Below, one piece after another: positions 40,256 to 55,486 of a DNA stretch of 64,000 nucleotides (its first letter is position 1; each line of letters opens with the position of its first letter). The DNA comes from Octopus vulgaris. Lineage: Eukaryota. The notes below the pieces were generated by a model, which was given only the letters and a program-made list of their open reading frames with translations, had not been told where the DNA came from and made no database searches. Where the stretch lies: positions 4,526,001-4,590,000 of the forward strand of contig OX597839.1 in NCBI GenBank assembly GCA_951406725.2, given 5' to 3'. The translations under genes and the position numbers were made by a program.

Positions 40256-40325
<70 letters not shown>

Positions 40326-40333
40326 AAATACAT

Positions 40334-40535
40334 GGAAGCGCAATGGCCCAGTGGTTAGGGCCACGGATTCGCGGTCGTGGGATCGCGGTTTCGATTCCCA
40401 GACCGGGCGTTGTGAGTGTTTATTGAGCAAAAACACCAAAGCTCCACGATCTCCGACAGGGGGTAGTGGCAATCCTTGCTGTACTCTTTCGCCACAACTT
40501 TCTCTCACTCTTTCTTCTGTTGGCCCGCTTGCTTA
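40334..40535 (+). mobile_element. SINE family A, 3' truncated; heads also at ~10785-10845 and 48438-48528
   Basis: Family A head and body. Confidence 0.8.
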
Positions 40536-41961
40536 GAAATGCATGCGTCCCACAGTCCAATGACATCATTCCGCAGCCGCAAGTCCTCCCAATTTAAATG
40601 TGTACAGGAGATTAAATGCAATTGGTTACTATACCACATACAATTTACCATTTCACTTCTGGATGTGCAGTTTCTATAGAAAAATAATATTAGACTCCAC
40701 TGTCGAAAGTATGCAACACGTAGAGTTGCATTAAAGTTTACTACTACTTTTTGACGTGTATAGAGTCTGTGGTGATATAGAGATAATCTGGTCACTTGGG
40801 AAGAGTATATAACTGAAACTCCGTCGCTTACGACGACGCGGGTTCCAGTTGATCCGATCAACGGAACAGCCTGCTCGTGAAATTAACGTGAAAGTGGCTG
40901 AGATCTCTACAGACACATATACCTTTAACGTGGTTCTCAATGATATTAATCGGGATAAGAAATGTTATAAGGTTGGCTATTTCAAATACAGGTACATTTT
41001 TGTCAGGTGAGTGGACTGGGGCAATGAAATTAAGTGTCTTGTTCAAGGACACAATGCACCCCCGGAAATCAAGGCACCTTACGACCGTGAACCGATTGCG
41101 CACGCGCCCTCACACCAACAAATTACTTCAATAACAAAGTCGGTTACGACGACGCGGTTTCCAGTTGATCCGATGAACGGAAAACTCTGCTCGTGAAATT
41201 ACAACGGAAGTGGCCGAGCATTCCAGACACGCGTACCCTTAACGTAGTTCTCAGGGGGATTCAGTGTGACACAGAATGCGACAAGGCTGGCCCTTTTGAA
41301 ATACAGGTGCTACCTTGGCAGCTAAGTAGAATGGAGCAACGTGAAATAAAATGTTTTGGCTGACGACCTTACGACTGTGAGTCGAAAACCCTAACCACTA
41401 AGCCACGCGCCATCACATTTGGAAACAGTCCAAATATATGTACAAATGGTGTAAGAATACACCTGATGCAAATTCTCGCCGTAATTCCGCATGCGCAGTT
41501 TGGTCCTCAGCTAAAATATGTTTGAATCATATCGCGTCATTCGGATGACTACACAACTACAAGTGTGACCCCACCAGACGTGGGAACTGGACAACACCAC
41601 CACCACCTCTACCACCACCACCACCACCACCACCGCCACCACTACCACCACCACCACCACCACCACCACAACCATCACCACCATCACCACCACAACTACC
41701 ACCGCCCCCCCCACCACTACCACCACCACCACCACCACCACCACCACCACCACCACCACCACCACCACCACTATCCCACCCACCGCCACCACCACCATCA
41801 CCACCACAACAACCACCGCCACCACCACCACCACCACCACCCACCCACCACCATGGAAGGCCATAGACAGAATATCTTTCATCATATGTCCAATCGAGCA
41901 TCGCTGTCCTGGGGCTAAATAGCATCCCCACCAAACACCATTATTGTCATCAACAACAATA

Positions 41962-42367
41962 AGGCGCAGGAGTGGCTGTGTGGTAAGTAGCTTGCTAACC
42001 AACCACATGGTTCCGGGTTCAGTCCCACTGCGTGGCATCTTGGGCAAGTGTCTTCTACTATAGCCCCGGGCCAACCAATGCCTTGTGAGTGGATTTGGTA
42101 GACGGAAACTGAAAGAAGCCTGTCGTATATATGTATATATATATATGTATGCGTGTGTGTTTGTGTGTCTGTGTTTGTCCCCCTAGCATTGCTTGACAAC
42201 CAATGCTGGTGTGTTTACGTCCCCGTTACTTAGCGGTTCGGCAAAAAGAGACCGATAGAATAAGTACTGGGCTTACAAAGAATAAGTCCCGGGGTCGATT
42301 TGCTCGACTAAAGGCGGTGCTCCAGCATGGCCGCAGTCAAATGACTAAAACAAGTAAAAGATAAAGA
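41962..42367 (+). mobile_element. SINE family B
   Basis: Full-length match to 12549-12951. Confidence 0.88.
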
Positions 42368-42836
42368 TACAAAATACTAGTAACAACAATATGAAAGGCA
42401 CTATTTGAGTTATCTTCACCGCCATCTCCACGACCGACCACCACAACCGACGACACCAACAGGAAATATCCTATTATTTCATTTAACCAATGCTAACTTC
42501 GTTTGTTTCTATCACCCCCTCCAACCAAAACCAGCGTTGCTACCACGGATCATCAGATCACAGCCAGTACAACCCCCACCGCCACCACCACCACCACCAC
42601 CACCACCACCACCAGTAATAGTGACAATAATATGAACACCAAGTACCTAATATCGAAACCCCAACCAATCCAATTTCAAAATGTCTCTCTCTACCCCCGC
42701 AACTAACCAAATCATGCAATCACTTAAAAATCTAATTCTTTCCACTCGGTGACTCGAACTCTTACGTTTCTGTCATCATTATCGTTACCGTTATCGTTGT
42801 TACAGTCGTCAGCGAAAAACCTCTTATCTCCTAGAT

Positions 42837-42900
<64 letters not shown>

Positions 42901-43226
42901 GGTGGGAGTGCGAAAAGGAAAGGAAACGGGGAGCTGGGGACACAGCGAGATGTTTTCCCGTGATACAACTCGATGGCTCAGCCAAAGCCGGCTTAAATCA
43001 GTCACAACCGAGCCAGCGCGTGCATATATATGTGTGGCTGTATGTGTATGTGTGTGTGTGTGTGTGTGTGCGCACGTGTGCTTGTGTTAATCAGTAAATT
43101 GTTTCCTTAGAACTCATTTCGTCTAGCGTTAACATGCAACAATCAATCAACCCCAGAAGAACCCATACCACGTGATCTCAACCCTTACAAATATCGGATA
43201 ACAATAAGGCAGACAACACTCTCTTC

Positions 43227-43263
<37 letters not shown>

Positions 43264-43819
43264 ATCTCTACTTTTGGTTCTAGGTTCCCCTATCCTTCTT
43301 CCTCTCCCTCTCCTTCTCTCGCTCTCCCTCTGTCTCTTTATCCCTCATCACATTTTCCAATCTATTCTACCCCTTCCCTCCTACTCATATCATGCGATGC
43401 TCTTTCGTTCTTAGTCTCTATTACATCCCCAACTCAAACTCTTTTTACATCACCGTCAAAACAAAAAAAAACAACAAAAAACAAAAAAGGCACTGAGGCC
43501 CCTTTTACAATCCAACTCAATCCTCTGCCTACCACCACGGACCCTTTTAAAAACAAACTCCGTGGTTAGCTTCTCATGCATGTTTGCCTTGCTGCAGTCC
43601 ATTCTTTCCCACAAACCCCATCCATATTTCTCTTTCCGTCATCGCATATCCCTTCCATCTCAGAAAAAAAGAAAAACTTGTTTGCCCCACAACGCCGCCT
43701 CCCCTATTGGCAAAGGTCCATCTTATCACAACCACATCCATTTCCAACTCGAAATGTACCTTCATCATTTATTGCCTTCTAAAATATGTATAGTTACCCT
43801 TAATCAATATAATAATGGC

Positions 43820-43864
<45 letters not shown>

Positions 43865-43865
<1 letters not shown>

Positions 43866-44290
43866 GGCGCAGGAATGGCTGTGTGGTAAGTAGCTTGCTT
43901 ACGAACCACATGGTTCCGGGTTCTGTCCCACTGCGTGGCACCTGGGCAAGTGACTTCTACTATAGCCTTGGGCCAACCAAAGCCTTGTGAGTGAATTTGG
44001 TAGACGGAAACTGAAAGAAGCCCGTCGTATATATGTATATATATATATATAAATATATGCGTGTGTGTGTTTGTGTGTCTGTGTTTTCCCCCCCTAGCAT
44101 TGCTTGACAACCGATGCTGGTGTGTTTATGTCCCCGTTACTTAGCAGTTCGGTAAAAGAGACCGATAGAATAAGTACTGGGCTTACAAAAGTATAAGTCC
44201 CGGGGTCGAGTTGCTCGACTAAAGGCGGTGCTCCAGCATGGCCGCAGTCAAATGACTGAAACAAGTAAAAGAGTAAAGAGTAAAGAGTAA
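43865..44290 (+). mobile_element. SINE family B inside (TAA)n
   Basis: Full-length match, flanked by (TAA)n. Confidence 0.88.
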
Positions 44291-44303
44291 TAATAATGAT
44301 AAC

Positions 44304-44341
<38 letters not shown>

Positions 44342-44345
44342 TAAC

Positions 44346-44408
<63 letters not shown>

Positions 44409-44851
44409 CCTTTCTTCTAAAGGCACAAGGCCTGAAATTTGGGAGGAGGGAAGGGGACAAGTTGATTACATTGACCCCAGTGTTTCATTGATACTTAATT
44501 TATCCTCCCCGAAAGGATGAAAAGTAAAGTCGACCTCGGTGGAATTTGAACTCAGAATTTTGCGACGGGCGAAATATTGGCGAATATTTCGTCCAGCATG
44601 CTAACGCTTCTGCCAGCTCGCCGCCTTAATACTAATACTAATGATAATAATAAAGATAAGGATGATAATAATAATAATATCAATTCAAATGTCTGTGTTG
44701 TATTACATGAAGATATTTTGCTACTGCAACTACCACTTCTCCTCCCCAAGCTTTCTGTCATACTGTAACATCTCTTTTACTTTACACGCCTTAGGACACT
44801 GGGTGTGTCTCGGCATGTGGTTGTAACAAACATGCAGATTAAAAGTAAATA

Positions 44852-44933
<82 letters not shown>

Positions 44934-44934
<1 letters not shown>

Positions 44935-45369
44935 GATCTTGAAACTTACCAAAAACTGAGCAAATATAAAGATCTTGAAATAGAAATCAGAAAAATGTGG
45001 AACCTGAAGACTAAAACAATACCTGTTGTCATAGGTGCCCTGGGAATGATAGCAAAAGGGGCTGATCGCTACCTAACTCAGATACCAGGAAACCCCAAAA
45101 TGGCAGAAATTCAAAAGATAGTGCTCATGGGAACTGCTCATATCCTACGCAAAATACTTTCTATGTAATCTCAAGGTTTAAAACAAACATAACTATGTTT
45201 TTTTTTTTGGGGGGGGGGGGCATTCACTAGTACAGCACTAAATACAAAACCAAACATATGGCACACTAGGCATAACAACAATACGGACTTCCAACCTGTT
45301 GCCTCTTGAGGTCTTTAGGTGAGACTTGGAGCCAACTTGTACAAATATAAAGCAAAAGTCAAACATAGA
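44934..45369 (+). mobile_element. 5'-truncated Dong/R4-clade non-LTR retrotransposon (RLE C-terminus 44935-45168 plus 3' UTR) in (TAA)n
   Basis: Open frame ETYQKLSKYKDLEIEIRKMWNLKTKTIPVVIGALGMIAKGADRYLTQIPGNPKMAEIQKIVLMGTAHILRKILSM* shows the K..KY..L...W....PVVIGALG pattern. (TAA)n lies on both sides. Confidence 0.85.
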
Positions 45370-45446
45370 ATAATAATAATAATAATAATAATGTTGAAGA
45401 GAATTAGTAATAATGGTACACCCCTCCGACATGATTAATGGAATAA

Positions 45447-45489
<43 letters not shown>

Positions 45490-46103
45490 CTGGTAAAGTT
45501 TACATTATAGCTTGTAAGGGTAATGTATATTAAGAGTATGTAATGTTTTTATGATTAACTTTTGAATTATGTAATAATGTATTTCACTCATAATTATTGT
45601 ATTATTCGTTAAATTAATTTCAATCGTGTTTTGTTTTGGAGAGAATTGAAATAAAGCATTCACTTTCTGTTGTTATAGACTATGGAAGACTATGTTATAG
45701 ACTATGGAAGACTAGTAGGACTATTATTTGTATAGACTTAAGATTGGTCGCTATTTAGTATATGAATTAGTTATTGTAGGTTTACTGGTACAGATCTACA
45801 TTGATTTATATATTTCTTGTAGTTTAATTTTAACGCTAGTCTTTAATTCTGCCTATATCTAGAGAGAATACTGTTGTACATAGGGTAAATGTGTTTGAAG
45901 GCTGTTTGAAAGTTGTGGTTTTTTTTTTTTTTTGGTAAATTTGTTCCGAAACAACACATCTTTTAGTGCTGTTGACACCCTTCCGGATTGAATGGTACTG
46001 CAAGATGTCGAAAATATAATAATATCTGTGCGGCAGCTGATGATGGAGGTGCGTTGGTATGGCTGTTTTTGTATATGTGGAACAGTGTTATGACACATCC
46101 TTT

Positions 46104-46174
<71 letters not shown>

Positions 46175-47224
46175 ATCCAAACAAGGAAGCACAAAAAAAA
46201 ACACAACAACGCGAGGACGTGGAATAAATATAGTATTATTGGACGCTCAGGAAAGAAGGAAAGAAGGAGGGTTTAACGTTTCGAGCGGAGCTCTTCGTCG
46301 GGAACATAGGAGAAGGGAAAATCCAGAGAAGGGAAGACAGAGGAAAAAAAATCGTCAACGGTACACACACGGTCACATTTTGACCTATATATATATAGAG
46401 AGAGTTTACGAAAAAAAAACAAAAGACGAAGACAGGTGGTGTACAAAACAAACAGATGTATTAGTATAACGCTCAGGAATAGAAAACGTCTTTTACGTTT
46501 CGAGCCTACGCTCTTCTACAGAAAGGGACACAGAAAAAACAAGGAGAGCAACAAGAAGAGAAAAAAAGGAGAGAGACCGACTTCTTTGTGGTTTTCTTTA
46601 CGAAATCCACTCCCAAAGCATTGGTCGGCCCGAGGCTAGAGGAGAATACACTTTCCAAGTGGGACTGAGCTCGGAACCATATGGTTGGGCAGCAAGCTTC
46701 TTACCACACACCTACTTCAAACAAATAGAAAAATTATTCTCACAGACACACATACACATACACACCCACACACATACACACTCACATACAATACATGAAC
46801 ACACACACACTCACACGCAGACACGAACACACGCATACACATACACATATATAGACACTCACATGCATACACGTACATACACTCATAAACGAACACACAC
46901 ACACATACACATATAATACATGAACACACACACACACATACTTACTCACATACATACACGAACACACATACATACACACTCACATTCACGAACACACATA
47001 CTTACACACACGAATACCCACGTACATATACACTCACAAATATACACAAACACACACATACTCACTCACATACACGAACACACACACACACATACATGAA
47101 CACACACATATACACTCACATACACACACACACACACACACACGCTCACACATACGCACATATTTTATAGCAATGCCATACACCAAAACGCATACACAAA
47201 CATAAACATTATGACACAGACATA

Positions 47225-47637
47225 CTCTTACTCTTTACTCGTTTACTTGTTTCAGTCATTCGACTGCGGCCATGCTGGAGCACCGCCTTTAGTCGAGCAA
47301 ATCGACCCCGGGACTTACTCTTTGTAGGCCCAGTACTTATTCTATCGGTTTCATTTGCCGAACTGCTAAGTGACGGGGACGTAAACACACCAGCATCGGT
47401 TGTCAAGCAATGCTAGGGGGACAAACACAGACACACAAACACACACACATACACATATATATATATATACATATATACGACAGGCTTCTTTCAGTTTCCG
47501 TCTACCAAATCCACTCACAAAGCATTGGTCGTCCCGAGGCTATAGCAGAAGACACTTGCCCAAGATTCTACGCAGTGGGACTGAATCCGGAACCATGTGG
47601 TTGGTTAGCAAGCTACTTACCACACAGCCACTCCTGC
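47225..47637 (-). mobile_element. SINE family B
   Basis: Reverse-complement match. Confidence 0.88.
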
Positions 47638-48096
47638 ATTGATATATAAATACAAAACACAGAATTCTTCTGATACATACTCAGACACACGAATACATAC
47701 CGGAAGATAATCATAAACACACCGACATAGAGACATATACATGGTGACATACACAATTATTGTCAGATACACACGCACACACATATACACGTTCGCATAT
47801 GCACACACGCACTCAAATATTCGCTAATTCACACCGACAAGGTGGAAGAAACCGGTACGCTTTAAATTAAATCTGATTTAAATTTAAATGCAATTAATTC
47901 AAATAAAAATAATTACGAAGTCAATTACAACCTTAACACGATTTTACTTAATGCATTCATGTGTTCATGAGTGCATGCGCCTCCTCCCGCGCATGCGGAT
48001 TTATACGTACACATATTCACGCGAGCACTCTCGTACACAAGCACACACACACATATATGTAGTCACCTCCAACACATATATTTCGATACATACATG

Positions 48097-48157
<61 letters not shown>

Positions 48158-48247
48158 GTATATATGTATATATGTATATATATGTATGTATATATATATA
48201 TGTATGTATATGTATATATGTATATATATATATATGTATATATACAT

Positions 48248-48290
<43 letters not shown>

Positions 48291-48351
48291 TACATATATA
48301 TATATATTACATATATATATATGTATATATATATATGTATATATATATATG

Positions 48352-48435
<84 letters not shown>

Positions 48436-48706
48436 GTGGAGGTGCAATGGCCCAGTGGTGAGGGCAACGGATTCGCGGTTGTGAGATCGCGGTTTCGATT
48501 CCCAGACCGGGCGTTGTGAGTGTTTACTTGGTTTCTCGTCGAAAGGTTTTAGTCGCACAAATTGACCTCAGGTACTTATTTTTTAAGCCTAGTACTTATT
48601 CTATCGGAGACTTATACCGAACCGCTAGGTTATCGGGACGTAAACACATCAACATCGGTGGTCAAGCTAGGTGGGTGGACGAAGACAATACAAAGTCAGA
48701 CACGCA

Positions 48707-48742
<36 letters not shown>

Positions 48743-48867
48743 TATGTGCGCGTGTGTGTGAGCGTGCATATATATATATATATATGCACAATCACATACA
48801 GACCGCGTGTGTATCGTTGGCGATTTTTTCCTCCGTCTCCCCTTCCTTGGATCTTTCCTCTTCCTAT

Positions 48868-48902
48868 GTTTCTGATGAAGAGCTCCGCTTGAAACGTTAA
48901 AT
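48868..48902 (+). ncRNA. Minimal type I hammerhead ribozyme (family D copy with canonical core)
   Basis: GTTT-CTGATGA-A-GAGC-TCC-GCTT-GAAA-CG-TT-AAAT, with palindromic ACGT stem III as in Penelope minimal hammerheads. Confidence 0.7.
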
Positions 48903-49019
48903 CCTCCTTTCTTTCTATTCCTAAGTGTCCAATAACACTATATTTGTTCCACGTCGTCGCGTTGTTGTGTTTTCTCTTTGCGTTTTCATGTTTGGATTAA
49001 CTATATATATATATATATA

Positions 49020-49189
49020 TTTGCAAAAACAGTAAGATAACAAAAGAAAGCAAGAGACCTTAATATTATGTAAATAAAATAGAAAGGAAGAGATCTCAAT
49101 ATTATGTAAATAGAGGAAATTTATCTGTAAAATTTATAATGCCACTTCGGCATCCGAAACTCAGAGTTTTATCTTGGCTACTGAATAAT

Positions 49190-49190
<1 letters not shown>
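49020..49190. mobile_element. Repeat family G (second copy 60885-61190) with hammerhead 3' half
   Basis: Shared GTAAGATAACAAAAGAAAG..GACCT.AATATTATGTA..TAGAGGAAATTTATCTGTAAAA and GGCATCCGAAACTCAGAGTTTTATCTTGGC. Confidence 0.7.
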
Positions 49191-49258
<68 letters not shown>

Positions 49259-49527
49259 CGCGCGCATGTATTCGAGCGTCACTGTTTGTGCCCCGCTATC
49301 GCTATACAACCAGTGTAATTTTCGTTAAGTCCACTTCGGTCAAAGACCAAGATAATAAATAGCAACCAAACTTCAAATTAAGTACTTGCGTCACGTTCTT
49401 TAATTTTTTTTCTAAAGCTTTGCATCCATATATCATCCATATAGCCCCAGGTGAATGAGTGAAACAAGTAAAAGAGAAAAGAGAAAATTCATTAAATGTG
49501 ATCGTTACATAGAGCTTTCTTCCCTAT

Positions 49528-49924
49528 ACTCTCTTTTACTTGTTTCAGTCATTTGCCTGCGGCCATGCTGGTGCACCGCCTTTAGTCGAGCAACTCGACC
49601 CCGGGACTTATTCTTTGTAAGCCCAGTACTTCTTCTATCGGTCTGTTTTGCCGAACCGCTAGGTGACGGTGATATAAACACACCAGCATCTGTTGTCAAG
49701 CAATGCTAGTGGGACAAACACGCACACAAACATACACGCACACATATATATACATATATACGACGGGCTTCTTTCAATTTCCGTCTACCAAATCCACTCA
49801 CAAGGCTTTGGTCGGCCCGGGGCTATAGTAGAAGACACTTGCCCAAGGTGTTACGCAGTGGGACTGAACCCGGAACCATGTGGTAAACAAGTAAGCTACT
49901 TACCACACAGTCACTCCTGCGCCT
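49528..49924 (-). mobile_element. SINE family B
   Basis: Reverse-complement match. Confidence 0.85.
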
Positions 49925-50092
49925 ATAGACATTTTTCTTCAAAATTGTTTCAGATTGCCGATAAAGTGATGTGTCACACAGTTAACTGTTAAAACTGGGA
50001 TGTTTACAAGTCTTGTCGTTATATCTGATTTTGTATCACTCACCGAAGACGCTGTTATTGGAGCAGAAAACTTCTCTGAAGTCTGAACCGTT

Positions 50093-50162
<70 letters not shown>

Positions 50163-50503
50163 AAATATATATAGTATATTGGGGGGTGTATCCATATCTA
50201 TACGTATATATGTCAACACACACTCACACACACACACACACATACACGCACACACATGCACAAACACATGCACATACATACATGCATTCAGGAATACTTG
50301 GGCATACAAAAATTTGATCAGATAAAAGAAAGCATGCAACCATATTTCTTAAATACATACACACACATATATATACATATATATATATATGTGTGTGTGC
50401 ATGTGTATTATGTATATATATATATATATACATACATACAAATACACACAATACACATATGTATATATATACAAACATTTACATATATGTGTGTCTGTGT
50501 GTG

Positions 50504-50571
<68 letters not shown>

Positions 50572-51251
50572 CACACATATAAAAATATGTGTGAGTCCGT
50601 GTGTGTGTGTGTGTGTTTGTGTGTTTGAGTATATGTGTGCGTATTTGTGTGTGTGTGTGTGTGTTTGTGTGTTTGAGTATATGTGTGAGTTCGTGTGTGT
50701 GTGTGTGTGTGTTTGTGTGTTTGAATATGTGTGTGCGTATTTGTGTGTGTGTGTAACATTCCAGTCACAACGATTTCTATATTTCATGCATCATTGGTAA
50801 TTCACACTGACTTGACCATTTCAAAAACATCTCCCACCCCACCCTATCACATTTCCATCTATTATATATATATGCATATATATACATATATACATATATA
50901 TGTATATATTGCTTTCCCTCTGTCTCTAACCTTCCCTTCTCTCCTGTCATTTCTCACACTGTGTCATACACAGAATATCTTTATCACTTTTCATTACCAA
51001 AACACATATTGTGAATTGTGTGGAATTTATTTCACGTAATTTGCTATGTATAAGACACGGGTGTGGCTGTGTGGTTTACACGCTCGCTTCACGTGGATGT
51101 TGGTTCGGGTTCAGTCTCGTCTTGCACTGCTCAACTGACAAATGCATATCGAGAGAATTTGTTTGATAGAAACTGTCTGGATGCTCTTCAAGTGTGTGTG
51201 TGTGTGTGTGCGTGTGGTGTGGTGTATATAATATATTGATAATATATATAT

Positions 51252-51592
51252 ACTCTTTACTCTCTTTTACTTGTTTCAGTCATTTGACTGCGGCCATGCT
51301 GGAGCACCGCCTTTAATCGAGCAACTCGACCCCGGGACTTATTCTTTTGTAAGCCCAGTACTTATTCTATCGGTCCCTTTTGCCGAACCGCTAAGTAACG
51401 GGGACATAAACACACCAGCATCGGTTGTATATATACATATATACGATGGGCTTCTTTCAGTTTCCGTCTCCCAAATCCACTCACAAGGCTTTGGTCAGCC
51501 CGAGGCTATAGTAGAAGACACTTGCCCAAGGTGCCACGCTGTGGGACTGAACCCGGAACCATGTGGTTGGTAAACAAGCTACTTACCACACA

Positions 51593-51595
<3 letters not shown>
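51252..51595 (-). mobile_element. SINE family B, internal deletion
   Basis: Reverse-complement match. Confidence 0.85.
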
Positions 51596-51628
<33 letters not shown>

Positions 51629-51632
<4 letters not shown>

Positions 51633-51806
51633 GAAAAAATTAGAAATAGCAGTCAAGACTGTTTATTTCTATTTTCTACAAATGTTTTTGTTATTTCTTC
51701 CTTCTGTTTTGCATATGTGAATTACAGGGATATGTAGTATGTGGAGTCTCATTTGTAGAAAATAGAAATAATCAGTCTTTGACTGCTGTTTCTAATTTTT
51801 TCGGTA
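51629..51806. repeat. Inverted repeat, ~56 bp arms
   Basis: 51629-51684 versus 51750-51806. Confidence 0.85.
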
Positions 51807-52190
51807 TGCGGCTAAGCAACCTGTTGCCTGCCTCTTTGATTTATATACAATATATATATTGAACTTTTATAGAAGTTCCTACCGTTAATGGTTATATTTA
51901 CATGCCGAAATCTATCAGTAAATAATTGTTTTTTTTTTAAACCATTAAAGCTATTGTTTACTCTTATTATATTACTATAAAGTTAATCCAAACAAGAAAG
52001 CACAAAAAAAACACAACAACGCGAGGACGTAGAATAAATATAGTATTATTGGACGCTCAGGAAAGAAGTAGGGTTTAACGTTTCGAGCCGAGCTCTTCGT
52101 CGGAAACATAGGAGAAGGAAAGATCCAGAGAAGGGAAGACAGAGGAAAAAAATCGCCAACGGTACACACGCGGTCACATTATATTACTAC

Positions 52191-52249
<59 letters not shown>

Positions 52250-52910
52250 TGAGCAGGGTAGGCTGTGTGGTAAGTAGCTTGGTTCCTACTACGTGGTTTG
52301 GGGTTCAGTACCATTGCGTGGTACCCAGGACAAGTGACTTCTACTACAGCTTCCAGATGACCTACACCTTGCTTGTGGATTTGGCAGAGAGAAATAGGGG
52401 AGAAATACGTATACACACACACATATATATCAACAACAATAATAATAAGGATTATTACGAAGATGCATACTATTACCTTTAATTCTTTTAATATAGTAAA
52501 TAGTAAGAAAGGCACAGCCTTATGAAAATAGTAGAGATAGATGTGAGCTTTGCTCTACGGAGATATATGAAATTTTGAAACATAGGGATAATGTAAACTT
52601 ATTAAATAACCGTTTTGAACTAGGACCTTCGTGCATACATTGTACTACCCTTACCTTTAAATATTAAAAAAATAGTATTCTGTTATTCCTAAATTTTAGA
52701 TCATAATGTTTTTTAAAAATCAATAAGGAAATAGCATACCCTGCTACTTTTTATTATTTAATCAGCAATAGTTATTAATTATTGATAACTATTAATTATT
52801 AATGACTATTAATAACTATTAATTATTTGGTGATCAGTAAATAAATTTTACTGAAAATAGGATATATTTGCAGAGAGGTTGCAGTCATCTCAGCTAGCGA
52901 GACTTGATAC

Positions 52911-52956
52911 CCTGGACTGATGACAAGCAATGGACTCAGAAACATATGTCGTCAGG
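52911..52956 (+). ncRNA. Decayed type I hammerhead motif
   Basis: CCTGGA-CTGATGA..GAAA-CATATG-TC-GTCAGG. Stem III is palindromic; stem II is unpaired. Confidence 0.45.
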
Positions 52957-53039
52957 TGCTAGTCCCAACTGGCGGGGGTGATTGCCTCCCCTTTGTAAAT
53001 ATAAGGACACAGAAAATGTGTCAAAGCCGACAGGAAATA

Positions 53040-53381
53040 TCGATGCCCAGTGTGAAACTGGTACTTTATTTATCAACCCCGAAAGGATGAAAGGCAAAGT
53101 TGACCTCGGCGGAATTTGAACTCAGAACGTAACGACAGGCGAAATACCTATTTCTTTACTGCCCACAGGGAGCTAAACACAGAGGGGACAAACAAGAACA
53201 GACAAACAGATTAAGTCGATTACATCGACCCCAGTGCGTAACTGGTACTTAACTTATCTTCCCTGAAAGGATGAAAGGCAAAGTCGACCTCGGCGGAATT
53301 TGAACTCAGAACGTAGCGGCAGACGAAATACCGCTAAGCATTTCGCCTGGCATGCTAACGATTCTGCCAGCTCGCCGCCTT
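53040..53381 (-). mobile_element. SINE family C, young unit followed by a more diverged partial unit
   Basis: Family C match with the junction AAAGAAATA|GGTATTTC on the minus strand. Confidence 0.85.
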
Positions 53382-54847
53382 ACCCATACATATATATAGG
53401 GAGGGAGAGAGAGAAAGATAGAAAGAGAGAGAGAAAAAGAGTGAGCGCGATAGACTTACTAGTAGAGTCTTATATGCGTGCGCACAGAGCGCACATAATG
53501 TGTACACAAACATACAATGGTACACACAACTAAATAGACGGCTAATTTTTAATACTTAAGTGATTTCCAGATTTCCACTACCCGATCACGATAGGTATGT
53601 GAGATATGTCATTTGCCTTTTGAACCCTTTATCGTTAGAAGCCCTATTTCCTTCAATCCCTACCATACCACATAACTTCTCACTTCCCCTCCGCCACAAA
53701 TCCCTCCTTTTTTCATGCTAAAATAGTTAGGTAGGCAAGTAGGTGCCATACGAAGTGCTTTCTTCACCTAAATTTTCTTTTTCTTTATCCGCCATTTTTT
53801 TTTATTCCTGGATTAATCAATATCACTATTATGACGTATACGTGCATATACACATACGCATACGAACACATACACGTACACATATACACACATACACACA
53901 TACACATGTACATATACACACAAACACGCTTACTTACACTTACGCATACAAACACATACACGTACACATATACACACATACACACACATACACATGTACA
54001 TATACACACAAACACGCATACAGACACATACGCATACACACATATACACACGCATATACACATATATGAATATTACACATCCGCACACATACACACAGAA
54101 ACACACGCATAGATGTTTATACACGTATATGCAAATACATGCATACACACGTATATATGCTTAGGCATATATACGTGTACAGACACATGTACACACACAT
54201 GCACATACATATACACACATACTCACATACACTCATACAGATACATACCCATATAAATAAACACACATACGCATACAGTGACATACTCATACACATATAC
54301 GAATGTTACACATACGTACACATTCACACAGAAACACACACATAGATGCTCATATATATACTCATGCATGCATATATGAGTACATATAGATTCACCTTCA
54401 TATGCACACGCATATATACACATATATACATACATATACATATATTTATATGAACACACTTCCTCATAAAAACACGTATATGCATATACATACATGCATA
54501 CATGAATCTATAGATTCCTACCTAGGCACATACTCACATACATTTACGTATACGAACAGAAATACAAATAAATTCACACGCACACATGCACACGTATGTA
54601 TGCATTGATATAATTTGTCGCATTCATACACATATGTACGCATATATTATACAAAAACATACACACGGACGCCATTTTGAATTCTTGCTTCATGTTCTTT
54701 CTCGCTCTCTGAGTATAAATGTCGAGTTTTTGTCTGCCTGCCTCTTTCTTCGTTGCCTCTTCTTGTCTGTCTGTCTACCTATCTATCTGTCTATCGTATA
54801 TCTGCTCATCTTTCAGCTTTCTCTGAGATTTCATGTAAATATCGATA

Positions 54848-54878
<31 letters not shown>

Positions 54879-54885
54879 ATCTCTC

Positions 54886-55000
<115 letters not shown>

Positions 55001-55018
55001 TTCTCTCTCTCTCTCTCC

Positions 55019-55086
<68 letters not shown>

Positions 55087-55095
55087 ATATATATA

Positions 55096-55425
55096 TAAGT
55101 TCAGCAAAATTTAGATTCAGATGAATATGGTACTTAAGTTAAAGGCACCAGAATTTGGTATGGTATTATCCATATAAATCAAATGAGATGATTATAATCA
55201 AAATAAGCAACAAGGATATCCAAGGTAGTGTAGTACAATTGTTTCATGATACTTCATTTTATTAAACAATGTATTACATCAGTTTTAAAATGTTGAGCAA
55301 TCTTCAAGCACATATAGAATTTATTTTTTAATTTAATGGACAATGTACATTTTTATACTTATTCCATTCATGATGAAATTTAACATCTCTGTCTATATAT
55401 CTACCCTCTTTATAATATTGGCAAA
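55096..55425. mobile_element. Repeat family F copy with decayed hammerhead (minus strand, ~55229-55310)
   Basis: Colinear with 2402-2760. Confidence 0.7.
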
Positions 55426-55486
55426 TGAGTTCCTTCACCCTTTATCTGGATTTACTTTCGTTGCGCTTCTTATATGTTACCAATAG

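Noticed and set aside
42900-43800. Possible promoter region (GA tracts, ATTGG, GC-rich patches)
   Set aside because: The motifs are short and expected by chance, and no linked exon was identified.
45004-45010. CTGAAGA preceded by GAAA inside the Dong/R4 fragment
   Set aside because: It is protein-coding sequence with no supporting stems.
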